64,000 nucleotides of DNA, from the NCBI RefSeq assembly GCF_009914755.1, contig NC_060929.1; one strand, given 5' to 3'. Made by a program: the position numbers and the translations under genes. Within the stretch, counting starts at the first letter, position 1. The number at the start of each line of letters is the position of its first letter. The notes beneath the pieces were generated by a model. The model saw nothing but the letters and a program-made list of their open reading frames with translations. It was not told the DNA's origin and did no database searches. The stretch comes from the human T2T-CHM13v2.0 reference genome, Homo sapiens. Positions 15,013-30,309 of the stretch are shown piece after piece.

Positions 15013-16934
15013 AAGTAGATGTTCAATAAATATCTGGTAAGTTAATGAATCCCATGAAGCAATATAAAGGAAGCAAGGAAGGTGTTGTTTATACAAGCCT
15101 AGTTAGGTGACTGGGTGCTCAGTTTTCTGTTCACTCTGTCTCAAATGCTTGACTATTACCATACTTGTCACCACACTGAGAAGTATGTAAGTATTAAATC
15201 CTTTCCAGGAAGCAATGAGGTGTTCCACTGGAGACAAATCAACCGAAGCTCAGTTACAAAAGGAAGCAATAGAGAAGGTTTGAAAATATCATTGCAGATG
15301 TGGGTGGGTGAGTTAGCCAGTGGATTTTAATGAGACTGATGGTCAGGATTGTTGGCTTATTTGAGATTGTGATTATGAATTTATAGTGGACTCAATCAAC
15401 ATATTTATTGAGCACTCTGTACTGGAGCATCACTTCCTCTGGTGGTCTTCCTAAACTCCTTAAATACAGGTTGCTTTCCTTCCATCAGGCATATAGCCTT
15501 GAGCACAAGGTTCAAACCTTAACAGTTTTTAAGACAATGGGGAGTGAAACCGTGTGTATCACTGAGCCAGATTAAGAAAGACCCACTCAGTGGTAAGTTA
15601 ATCACACCCAAGAGAGTTAGTGGTTAAAATTACAACTTTTCATATTACTAGACCTCAACTTTCCCTATTAGACTTCGTCATATCAATTACCACTCCTTTA
15701 TGAATTTATTTATTCAGAAATATTTGTTTTGTGCCAAAGTATGCCAGGTTCTTGACTACTTCCGCAATTACCTCCCTCCTCCCCAGGCACCTCTTTGCTC
15801 CTTACATGAGCATTTTCTTGTTTCATTTTTACGTTCTCTTTTTTTCCCTCTTTGTTTCTGTATTTCAGAATGGGAAAGTAGCATGCCTATAGCTTTGATT
15901 CATGGACAGATAAATATGTTAAGTTTGCAGGTAACATTCATTAGGACCCACAATTAGGCAAAGTAGAAGCAGTCTATGCAGCCTGTGTTACTGCAATACC
16001 CACACAGACGTGGGATATAATATGTATCATTCTTTAATGGTTTCTATATGTTCTTAGTAGCCTGTCAATTTTTATGTTAATTTCTGTGATTTAGTCACCA
16101 CATTTGTTTATTCAATAAACATGTGTTGGACTGAAAAAAAAACAGAAGCAAGATTATTCGTTTAAAATTGCAATTAAAAGAGGACTCACAGAGTAGATAC
16201 CTCCTTCAGCTTGCACTGGTTCTGAATATCAAGTGAGATTTTTAAGAACAATTCTCAGACTTCCCTTTAATTGGCTTTAGAAAGTATCAGTTATGAACAT
16301 TACTATCATGGTATGTTTTCTGGAAGTCTGAATGACAATACTGGAAAGTAGCCAGTTTACTAGCATTGAAGCTGAGCTGTCACACACAACTCTGGGCGGG
16401 CTGGGTGTTGGAAATAGTGGCAGCAGAATACACAAGCAGCTGCTGCATGGTGAAGTGGGGCAACTGCAAGAGGAGGGAGCGGGAGCAATACTTCAAGGGG
16501 GCACTGGATTACAATTTCAAAATAATGTGGCAAAGTTGTTGGCTGCTGAGAAACCACAGCAGCAGACACAGACTGGTTTGCTATGCCACAAATAGAAACG
16601 GTGGCTCTTTTTGAGCAAAGGCAGTGGGCCAAATGAGATGAAGAGACCACTAGCAGCTGCAGCCCCAAATCAAAGGAGAATCTTTAGAATGTATTCTATG
16701 AGAAAAGGATTACTGGTCATGCTCTGCCTATCTATTGAGTTACACCTGCACAGATAGACATCAGGAGCCCAATCTTGAAAAATGTGTTACTCTGATGGAT
16801 AAATGGCACCCAGTTTCTCACTAAGCATCTTTTTCTCTGAGAGTTCCTCCTAATATTTGATTTATATCTCTTATGGAATAGATGTTTTCAACCTGGCATT
16901 CTGGTTGTTCTTGTGCAACCTTGCTTCTTCCATC

Positions 16935-17190
16935 TCCAGTATAAACTGGAAGCTGCTCATATGCCCCTCAAATTCCACAGCACAGTGTCATGTGCATAAT
17001 AGGTGCTCAATATTGTTGAATAAAGGAAGCATAAAATTAGCAAAACTGTCAAAAAACTGTCGTCCTATCTTTATTCATCTATTTTTTTCATCTTGCAAAT
17101 ATTTATCCAGTCCCTATTACATACAAAGTAATATGCTAGTTTACATTGTATGTTAAGATGAACTAGACTATGGTTCCCCTAAAGGTGCCA
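16935..17190. mobile_element. Two L2 3'-end fragments, tail to tail
   Basis: Plus-strand end cagcacagtgtcatgtgcataataggtgctcaatattgttgaat, then minus-strand start ttcatc...caaatatttatccagtccctattacatacaaag...aagatgaactagactatggttccc. Confidence 0.6.
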
Positions 17191-17246
17191 TCGTTAAATA
17201 ATCAAAATTAGTCTCTTTACTGAGAGCTCCGTAAAGACATAATACA

Positions 17247-20576
<3,330 letters not shown>

Positions 20577-20849
20577 AAGACATAATACAAATTTTATTAT
20601 TTCTTTTGACCACATCTGTCAAGCAACCAATGTCCAGAAGTGATCAACACATAGAAAATGTGTGAACATTTATGTTCCTTTCTCCAACCTAATAATTTAC
20701 TCATCTGTCTTCAATGAGATCAAGCAGGTTAAAAAAATAATTCCTGACTTGGGAAAAATCTGGCAAAACTTATTACAGTTTAGAACTTTACCAGATTTAA
20801 AATATAATTTGTTGCTTATTTCAAAGAAATGTTTGTGTTTCTTGCACAT

Positions 20850-20922
20850 GGCTTAGGGCATGTTCCCATTTCTGAACCAATCACAGATGCCAGGGGGATG
20901 GAATACACTGATTGGCTCAGTG
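20850..20922 (-). mobile_element. MLT1-type (ERVL-MaLR) LTR fragment
   Basis: gggcatgttcccatttctgaaccaatcacagatgccagggggatggaatacactgattggctcag, the typical MLT1J/K/L CCAAT block. Confidence 0.65.
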
Positions 20923-20934
20923 TATGTATGGAAC

Positions 20935-21040
20935 ATAATTCATAGGAAAAGGCCTCCTTCTGTCTTGTTTACTTCAGTATCCTCAGAACATAGCTCAGTG
21001 ACTAGCACAGGGCAGATACTCTGAAAGATGACAGACAATA
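20935..21040 (+). mobile_element. L2 3'-end fragment
   Basis: tctgtcttgtttacttcagtatcctcagaacatagctcagtgactagcacagggcagatactc. Confidence 0.6.
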
Positions 21041-21104
21041 AATTTAGGATGCAAATTAATTGCTTTCTTAAATATTGTCCTATATGGATAAGCAGGGTGG
21101 CCTT

Positions 21105-21335
21105 GCAGCTGTGGCATTTGTGTTCAAGTTCTGGTTCTACCATTTACTAGTCTTATGATCTTGTATAAGTAAGTTACTTAACTTCTCTTTGCTCAGTTTC
21201 TGCATCTGTAAAATGAAGATAATAGCAGTACTTATCTCATAAATTTGTTGCAAGTATTAAATGAGTTAACAGATACAGAAGTTGTTACTACAGTGCCTTG
21301 CACATAGTAAGAACTCAAAAAATGTTAGCTATTAT
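21105..21335 (+). mobile_element. MIR SINE
   Basis: ttcaagttctggttctaccatttactag...ttacttaacttctctttgctcagtttctgcatctgtaaaatgaagataatag...cagtgccttgcacatagtaagaactcaaaaaatgttagctatta. Confidence 0.9.
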
Positions 21336-21438
21336 GTGTGTATATGTGTACGGAGAGGCATTTATTAATATTAGCTCATATTAATCAAGAAAATATAATA
21401 CTGGGAACATTTCTTAACAGTATCCTACAACTAGAATA

Positions 21439-21642
21439 TTTTATTTATTTGTTTATATTTCCATTTTTATTTTAGATTCACAGGGTACATGTGCAGGTTT
21501 GCTACAAGGGTATATTGTTTGGTGCTGAAGTTTGGGCTTTTACTGATCCCGTCACCCAGACAGTGAGCATAGTACGCAATAAGAAATTTTTCAGCCTCTG
21601 TCCCCATTACTCCATCTCTCCTTTTGGAGGTTTCAGTGTCCC
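21439..21642 (-). mobile_element. Short L1 3'-end (L1PA15/16-like)
   Basis: ttttagattcacagggtacatgtgcaggtttg...gatcccgtcacccagacagtgagcatagtac. Possible TSD tagaata at about 21432 and 21646. Confidence 0.85.
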
Positions 21643-22494
21643 AAATAGAATAGTTAAAATGTTTATCTATCAAAATCATAAATTCTTCCTAAGTTTCCCT
21701 ATGTCCTACAGCTCAGCGAATTTCTTAAAGGTGATTGGGGTTTAAATCTCTGCCTCCTCATCTTTCTTATGTTGAAAATGGGGATAAGAATAGTTATCTC
21801 CTATTTTATTGTGAGGACTGATGTAATGGTTAGGAGGTTAAAAAAAAATGCTTACCAAATGTTAATTATTATTTTAGTTGTCAACCTTATCAATATTACT
21901 GTGTCTGTGGAAAATGAGAGTTAAAAAGAGCAGGATTAAATTCACAAAAGATATATACAAGGAGAAAAAAATATTAAGCTTATTTTGCCATAACTCCAAG
22001 GACTAATAGAATATTGTCCATATGAAATAGGTATAATTGGTACAGAATAGAAAATATGTGCCAGAAAGAACATGGTGTGCTCTTTGATTTGAACCAATTT
22101 GAGAGTCAATAGCTAGAAGCAATATAGCTCAACTGAGAAAATGCTTACTTTGGAATTTATGAGGACTCAGAATCTCTATGTATCATGCAGGGAACATAAA
22201 GAAGAATGTCTAGGTGGTAAGAATAGTTAACATTGGCATACATAACATAATGGGGTTGTAGAGTTTCTTTTTCAGGGAGTTTTTGACATAAGGCTGGTTA
22301 TTAATATGAGATGGTTGAACTATCTCTTTCACCCTTAGAAATTGCTGGGTGACCTTTTAGTCATATGAACAAGAGCAAAACAAAAAAGTAGTGAAAGGGT
22401 TTGTGAGCAATATGTCAATTTTAGCAGTTTTACTACAAAAAGATTATTCATTGACATTGTCATATAACCACCAGAATTTACATTTATTCTTTAA

Positions 22495-22615
22495 TTTCAA
22501 CAAAATAATATTATTGAGCACACACTATTCCAGGCTCCGAGCTAATTACTGAGTCACTAGATAAGAGGAAATGTACCTGTCCTTAAGGAGCTTACAGAAT
22601 AGCAAGTGTCATATA
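22495..22615 (-). mobile_element. L2 3'-end fragment
   Basis: ttattgagcacacactattccaggc...cctgtccttaaggagcttacagaatag. Confidence 0.65.
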
Positions 22616-22639
22616 AATGATCGCCATAATGAGGCTGAT

Positions 22640-23134
22640 CAGGTATGGTTCTTTTGCATACTACAGCCAGAAATTGGTCTGGCATGCTAATAATCTATAA
22701 AACCTTTCTATAAAACAATTCAGACCAACTTCAGCAAAAACTCATTAGCTAAGATAACAAAGCAGCAACGGATGAGTAACAAGATTCTCTTTACTTCACT
22801 GTAGCTTCCTTTGGGTTGCCTCCATTTTCAGACAATTCTCCCCTTGCAGAAAAAGGGAACTCATGAGCTTCATCCTTTCATGTCCAACAGAAGAGAAACC
22901 GAGGCCTTAGATTGTAGCAGTATTGGTTCTGACTAGGCTGGCTTGTGTCACGTGACCATTTCTGAACCAATAACAGAGGGGTGGAATACACTGATTGGCT
23001 CAGGCTCCAGCTCACTCACCTTTACCTGAGGTATATAGGGGTGGGAGAAGTGATTTGTCAAAGTAGAGGTACTGTGCTATTGCCTCAGAAGGAAAACATG
23101 ACGCTAGACTGCCAAAACAGTAATGGTCCACTAC
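22640..23134 (-). mobile_element. MLT1K/L-like solo LTR
   Basis: ggcttgtgtcacgtgaccatttctgaaccaat...ctgattggctcaggc, with terminus cagaaggaaaacatgacgctagactgccaaaacagtaatggtccactac (reverse of the tgtagtgga... LTR start). Confidence 0.7.
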
Positions 23135-23584
23135 CAAGGAACACATATGCTTGACAATACAGTATATTCAATCTAAGAAATAGTCTTCAAGGACATTCTG
23201 GAAATGATGCACTAGCCTACATATTTTTTAAGATTAAGAGGATGTTGACAAAAAGCTTATAATCTAGATATACAGATATAACACAAAGAACTTCTGTGTA
23301 CTTCGGAGAGTTGTTGGAATAGAGTTCATTTTCCACTGCAGGAATTGGGAAAGCCCCCCAGAAGGAGGTGATCTTTGCAATGGATATCAAAGGAAGGGTA
23401 GGATCTATGCAACTTGCCCTGATACAATCTCATTAAAACATAAAGTAATATAGTTTCTCCTCATTCCAGAGATAAACTTTAGATAGCCTATATTATCTTG
23501 TTCTAAAAAATATATCTTAAAGAAGTAGCAACCTCTCCAATTGGAGTTACTAGAAAGAATATGGTTACAATTAATAATAGTGCT

Positions 23585-23660
23585 TACCTTAAACTCAGGA
23601 CCTAGCACACAGTTCGTACTCAAAAAAATCTTTGTTGAATGAATGAATGAATGAATGTTT
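23585..23660 (+). mobile_element. L2 3' terminus with (GAAT)n
   Basis: caggacctagcacacag...tttgttgaatgaatgaatgaatgaatg. Confidence 0.7.
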
Positions 23661-24866
23661 GAGTGAACAAATACTATGGCAACATGTTAATGGGTAATAG
23701 ACAAGATTTCTGTGGTCATGTAATGTCAATTTAAAAGACATCACTAAATGTTGTCTATGACATGTTGTCTCTCTATGGGTTCATATGGAGCCACCTTGCT
23801 CCCTCAGGTAGTCCTTTGAGGCTCATCAGTAGCATCATTTACACAGCTCGCATTGTGTGTAATGAAATCCAACCTGGCATCCACCACACCCTCAGTCTTT
23901 CAGCGTAAAACAAAGTGCAGCTTCCCCCACAGAGCATCCTGATTAAACAAATTAACTATGGCGCTGCCTGCAAATACACATACTAGAGTGCAGGAAATGA
24001 ACAGATACAATGGCCAAGTCTGTATTTAATTTTAATTAAATTTCATTCTGTAGCTCAATTAATCCACATCTCCAAATGTCAGCAGGACTTAGGCAAATGG
24101 AATGACATCTGCTGCACTGCACAGGACTATAAAACCTTCACTGCATGCTAGGTCTCTGGAAGCACACCAGGAAAAGTGAAATATCTTTATTAAGTGTGTA
24201 GTAACATATAGAAGTCTAACTCACAGTCTAATGAAAGAACATAAACTAGGAAAGAAAATTAGACTAAGAATGTGAGTGGTTACGGGCATGGCAAATATTG
24301 CTCAATATCCTGCCTTGTGTTATTTATTGTTTTAAAGTTGCATTTGGCTTTATGGCTGTTTCTTTAATATTTACCTAGTGTCCTTCCCAATTGCTCAGGT
24401 TGGTTTTCTTTTTTTAACTAATGCAGACTTCTTTCCTGAGAAAGGAGAAATTGGTGGAGTAGGGTGATTTCACATAGAATATGGAAAAGACCACATTAGC
24501 TATGCAAGACCATTCATTACAAGAAGCCAGAGGTGTAGCAGAAAGAGTGTGGGATTTGACAAGCCTAGATTAAAATCGCTATGCCGCTTATAATATCAGA
24601 TGGGGGCGTACCAAAAAAATCCCCAAAAGCAGACATTATTAATTGGTGAGACCGTTGTCAGCTTGATGAGGACTAGTTTTGGGAAATGTCTGCATAGTGT
24701 TTTTAGAAAATGTCAACATGATCATTATTGCTGGATAATAAGAAATAGATTGATTAAGATTTAATTCTTAATTATTTAATTATTAAATAAATTTAATTCT
24801 TATCAAAGGCTCTTTGATAGCAGGAATAGAGAGGGCCTGCTATCAAACAGCCTTATGGCTAGGCAT

Positions 24867-24908
24867 TGGTTATTCTCTGCAGAGGAGTGGTTATTCTCTG
24901 CAGAGGAG
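24867..24908. repeat. Perfect 21-bp tandem duplication
   Basis: tggttattctctgcagaggag at 24867-24887 and 24888-24908. Confidence 0.95.
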
Positions 24909-25306
24909 TTAGAAAAACCAGCCCTTGCTTTCCATAAAATGAGAATTCTTTTCCTAAGCACACTTTTGGCCTCTCTCCGCCTCTTTACTCACTCTGTTCA
25001 GGGCCAGGAGGAGTGGCTTAGCCCACTGGCAAGTTTGGAAATAACTAAGCAGGCATTGCTCAACTCTACTCTTCTTTTTCTTGAGATCTGCCTAAGTGGG
25101 TAAGTGTCTAATTGTAGGGTTCAGAAACCCACATGCTACATCCATCCTGGTCTCTCCAAGAGTAAAGGTAAGATTTTTCAGCCTCATTTGATACTCTGTT
25201 TTATTTCTGATAATTGTTCACAACCCAGGCGAGCAATACCAGAAATAAAACAGAGTACTGAATGAGATAATAAGGTACAGTTACTACCTACCTGGTAGGT
25301 AAGTAA

Positions 25307-26362
25307 GACAAATGGGATCTAATTAAACTAAAGAGCTTCTGCACAGCAAAAGAAACTATCATCAGAGTGAACAGGCAACCTACAGAATGGGAGAAAATTT
25401 TTGCAATCTATCCATCTGACAAAGGGCTAATATCCAGAATCTACAAGGAACTTAATCAAATTTACAAGAAAAAAACAAACAACCCTATCAAAAAGTAGGC
25501 AAAGGATATGAACAGACACTTCTCAAAAGAAGACATTTATGCAGCCAACAAACATGAAAAAAAGCTCATCATCACTGGTCATTAGAGAAATGCAAATGAA
25601 AACCACAATGAGATACCATCTCACACCAGTTAGAATGGTGATCATTAAAAACTCAGGAAACAATAGATGCTGGAGAGGATGTGGAGAAATAGGAATGCTT
25701 TTACACTGTTGGTGGGAGTGTAAATTAGTTCAACCATTGCAGAAGGTGGAAGACAGTGTGGCGATTCCTCAAGGATCTAGAACCAGAAATACCATTCAAC
25801 CCACCAATCCCATTACTGGGTATATACCCAAAGGATTATAAATCATGCTACTATAAAGACACATGCACATGGATGTTTATTGCAGCACTATTACAATAGC
25901 AAAGACTTGGAACCAACCCAAATGCCCATCAATGATAGACTGGATTAAGAAAATGTGGCACATATACACCGTGGAATACTATGCAGTCATAAAAAGGACG
26001 AATTCATGTCCCTTGCAGGGACATGGATGAAGCTGGAAACCATCATCCTCAACAAACTAACACAGGAACAGAAAACCAAACACCACATGTTCTCACGCAT
26101 AAGTGGGAGCTGAACAGTGAGAACACATGGACACAGGGAGGGGAACATCACACAGTGGGACCTGTCAGGGGGTTGGGGGCAAGTGGAGGGAGAGCATTAG
26201 GACAAATACCTAATGCATGAGGGGCTTAAAAGCTAGATGATGGGTTGATAGGTGCAGCAAACCACCATGGCACATGTATACCTATGTAACACACATGCAA
26301 GTTCAGCACATGTATGCTAGAACTTGAAGTAAAATTTCAAAAAATAAAAATTAGAAAAAATA
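25307..26362 (+). mobile_element. L1PA8-like LINE-1, 5'-truncated (ORF2 C-terminus and 3'UTR)
   Basis: Begins gacaaatgggatctaattaaactaaagagcttctgcacagc. The 3'UTR reads agagcattaggacaaatacctaatgcatgaggggcttaaaagctagatgatgggttgataggtgcagc (L1PA8 type), followed by an A-rich tail. Confidence 0.93.
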
Positions 26363-27699
26363 AATTGCCTCTAGCAATCAATTTTAACACACAATGGAAA
26401 TAAGTATATTAAGGCATTCCTGCTTGCAACATTTCACAATTTGTTTGCATTGAGCTATAAGTATTCCATATAGAAAATTCAGTATGAAAATTTGGAATTT
26501 AGAGAAAGCAACAAATACTATTGAATATTTGCTACATTTTTCAAGGAACTGAAAAAGATAGTATCTATGTGTTTTGTGATAAGGGATTTTTTAAAAAATG
26601 ACATGGATTGACACTAAGTTGTATTGTTGAGTTAGCCTTTTTCTTAGTCAGGTACCCTGAGTTCAGAGCTCCATCAGTGTTTCTTGTAGCACTGTGGGCA
26701 CAGGAAATTAGGCAACTTGTATTTACAAAGATTTGTTGTGATTGGAAATAACTTCTATCCTGAATGATCACTACTTCTTAAGTCATATTTTTGACAGTAA
26801 ATGAAGTTGAAATGTACCTTTTTCAGATATGGGAAGTTCTATATGCATCATTAAATGATAATTCTGTTTTGTCTCAAATTATCTGAATACTTTCCTAAAC
26901 TTTCAATTCTGTTCCCCCATATGTGGGTCTCTTTATGGGAAGTCATTATGTAAATTACAGATTTCTCTCTCACCTTTACTTTACTTAATATGGGAATTGA
27001 ATGGTCATATTATGTAAATTAGCTATTTCAATACAATTACTTTATTTTTATCAAAATACAATATGAAATTCTGCCCTGTCACAATTTTATACATGAAACC
27101 TAAGCCATTTAAAAGGCAGGTGTTGTAAAGCACCTATATTGTAATTAATGAAAGATTATAAACTATGAATTAGTAACAGGCTGTAGGAAAAATTTACTAA
27201 ATTTTTAGATACTCATATATTCTTAAATAAGTCCTATTTATACATTATGTGGTATATAATATCTAAGTAAGCTGCCTTGGAGCTATCAAGAGACTAATAT
27301 GAACTACAAAAAAACTTAAAATAAGGTCAGTAACTTTTGCTTTTAGTGAGAAAAAGCAAAATTTAGAGAGGTTTGGAAGTCTAGCTCATGGTCTTGATTT
27401 TGCTCCTTTACTACAGATCCGGTACTAGACAATCTATTGAAACCCAGAGAATAATGTAACAATGACTATGCCACAATATACAAAATACCATGGTAAGAGG
27501 AGTGTTTAAATGGAATATTATAATGGTACAGAATTGCAAATATTTAAGTCGGTTAGATCTTAAAAATCAGGGTGGACCAACTGCATCATCCATCATTCCT
27601 CTTCCCGCCTTTCTTCCCATTCTTTTTCTATCCTATATTACCCATTTATCTCTACTTACTCAATCTTACCTCTCCCCTTCCTTTTCTCTCCTCACCTTT

Positions 27700-28262
27700 T
27701 CTTCTCCCTTCTTTCTTCCTTCCTTTCCATACTCTTCCCTACTGAATGCCTATTCTTTGCCAGACATTATGCTAGGCATCAGGGGAAGATAATTAGGATC
27801 AGTTATCTGTCTTTGAAGAGCATATTACTGTCTTTATAGGAGGACCACCACCTAAACAGATACTTTTCGATAATTTTAATAGAAGCAACAGGAAGCCTAG
27901 GCCTAAGGAAAAGCACCTAATATGATAGTTCCCTGGATGAGGTCACTCCTGAGATGCATCTTAAAGTATGAGGAGGACTAACTAGGAATAAAGGAATGAA
28001 GAAATATGTTTCAGGCCGAAAGGACAGCATGAATGAAGACCCAGGGGATAAAAAGCATCAAACGATATCTTTAGAAGAAGCTCAGTCGGCACAGCCACAC
28101 TCGGTGGCCTGGGGAGTGACAGGATTAGTTTTATATTTTAGAAGGTTCATGCTGGCAGCAGAGTGGAAGATGGATTTAAGAAGAATAAAACTGGAGTTCG
28201 GAACACTAGTTGGGGGCATTTTTCTACTGAATTCCAGGTGAGGGATGATTAGTGCCTGGTGA
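27700..28262 (-). mobile_element. L2 LINE fragment
   Basis: tactgaatgcctattctttgccagacattatgctaggc...ttttagaaggttcatgctggcagcagagtggaagatggattt...ccaggtgagggatgattagtgcctgg. Confidence 0.8.
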
Positions 28263-29253
28263 TCATAAAATAGAGAACATTAAACAACATGCCTGGTAGA
28301 TCCAGAATCAAACCCCAGGTTTCTTCACTCCCAGTCCAGAACTCTCTGTACTATACCAGAAATACAGTTTTTTATCTTATGGTAAAACTGAAACATTTTT
28401 GTTTTGGGTTCGGTTAGCCATGAGGGATCCAGATTATCTGGGAGCTCAGCTCTAATTTTTTACATGGATCAATTCAGTATTCATCTATCATGAGTACTTG
28501 GCATGACACACTCATCTTTTGCATAAAGAGATTTGCCATTTTAGTGGGAGAAAACCCAACCAGAACCATTGATGTTATATTCATTGTTACAGCATATTTG
28601 CAAACCACGTGAATATAAACCTCCTGTTTCTACAGTAAAGGGTGCAGGCCCTCTCCTGGTATAATCTCCTTATGTGTAACCTATCAGTGCTACTATATCT
28701 GATGCTCAAATAGCTGCTGCACCACACGTCCTCACTGCTAGTGCCACTGTAATATTTCAGGTAATGAGGTAAGGGGCACACTTGGGTTCTTTATGTGCCA
28801 AAATGAGAAAAATTAATTTTAAATGCTAAAAAGATGAGACTTCTGGTGCAGACGGTTACTAAACACCACCAGCTGCTCCACAGGTTTGGAGTTTGGAAAA
28901 AGAAGCCCATTTCAAAATCAACAACATAACTCCAGGACATGAGAAACCAAACTGTATCAGTGTTTTGAGCAAGAAGTATAATTTGGAAATCATACTAAAT
29001 AGCTGGATAATTTGACAAAAGTACTGACAATTCAGTTTGTGCCCATACTATACTTCTAAATATCTTAATATAGAGAGAAGCCAATCATAAATGGTAAGAA
29101 TATTTTGTTTGCTTTAGTAGATTTGTAAATTGACTTAAAATACACATTTATAGCACTTATTTGTAAAATGTCAGTTTTAGCAGAGCATAGGCTCTTTTCG
29201 GTGGAGACAGGAGAATGTGATACTTTTATATATTAATTCAAACATAAGTGATT

Positions 29254-29255
<2 letters not shown>

Positions 29256-29291
<36 letters not shown>
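29256..29291. repeat. (AC)18 microsatellite
   Basis: Uninterrupted AC run, read directly. Confidence 0.97.
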
Positions 29292-29295
<4 letters not shown>

Positions 29296-29430
29296 CATAC
29301 CCAAAAGCATTTTCTTGCGTATTGTCATTTAAAGTATAGACATAAATAAGAAAGTGGCATGAATGAAAAGTACAAAAAAAAATTTCCTCCAATCTAATTG
29401 TCTCCCCCTTTCAACTACAAGAATTCACAG

Positions 29431-29603
29431 CAGGGTTTTCCAAGTTGGCCACACATTAAAACCACCTGGGAAGATTTTAAAACAACTGATGGCCCAGGCC
29501 CTGCACCAATGCAGTCTGAATCTCTGTGGGTGAGGCCTAAGTGTTGGTTGTGTTTCAGTTTTCCTAGGTGATTGTGCTGTGCAGCTAGGATTGGTAGAGT
29601 TAG
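29431..29603. mobile_element. MER5A hAT-Charlie MITE
   Basis: cagggttttccaagttggccacacattaaaaccacctggg...tgatggcccaggccc...ctgaatctctgtgggtgaggcc...cctaggtgattgtgctgtgcagctaggattg. Confidence 0.85.
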
Positions 29604-29611
29604 CTTTAGGG

Positions 29612-29822
29612 CAGGGTTTCTCAACCTCAGCACTATTGAAAGTGGGGGCTGGATAATTGTTAGGGCTGCCTCCTGCATTGTAGGATGTCTGGCAGCCTTC
29701 CTGGCCTTACCTACCACATGCCAGTAGCAACCCCTCCTCTTCCAGTTGTGACAACGAAAACATTCCAAACATTGACAAGTGTCCCCTGAGAGTGCAAAAT
29801 AGGCCCTGATTGAGAACCACTG
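29612..29822. mobile_element. MER20 hAT-Charlie MITE, full length
   Basis: TIRs cagggtttctcaac / gattgagaaccactg, with internal ctcagcactattga...gcattgtaggatg...atgccagtagca...ccagttgtgacaac...tgtcccctg. Confidence 0.92.
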
Positions 29823-30309
29823 TTGTAGATAAATAAATTCCCCTTTCCCCGTTCCCTACTGAGTCTCAGCAGCAGCTGCTGTACGGAGACCTATCTGTGG
29901 TCTCCATGTTTTGCTATTTTTCTCTCTTCAAAACTGCCCACCTCTTATCTTGTTCCATGTTCTCCCCACCTTCCAAGTCTGACTTAATCAAGTATTCCGC
30001 CAAGAAGTCTTCCCGGATGATCCCATCCCATACCATCTGACTTCCTCTTCCTTCTGTCATCTCAGCATGCCTGCCACCAAAATGTTAGCAAGTTGCTTCG
30101 TAAATATTCTTGTCTTTTGGAAGATGTTCTCAATTAGACTATAAACCCATTGACAGAATGAAGGAACTATGTCTTTTGCTTATTTTAGAATCAGAGTTTT
30201 TTTAATGGAAGGTTCTATTGCCATTTAAAAGGATTTAAAATATCATTTTATTGAACTAGTTCACTTCAACAGGCAATGCCTAAGACAGTATCAGATACAA
30301 CTTAATACA

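Noticed and set aside
16332-16595. 87-aa ORF with plausible amino-acid composition as a coding exon or retrogene
   Set aside because: No recognisable family, overlapping ORFs in other frames are explained by local GC content, and there is no poly(A)/TSD or clear splice boundary.
28593-28768. Possible plus-strand exon (tttctacag acceptor at 28635; donors cag|gtaatg and gag|gtaagg)
   Set aside because: Splice-like motifs only, with no coding signal or partner exons. It cannot be supported without RNA data.
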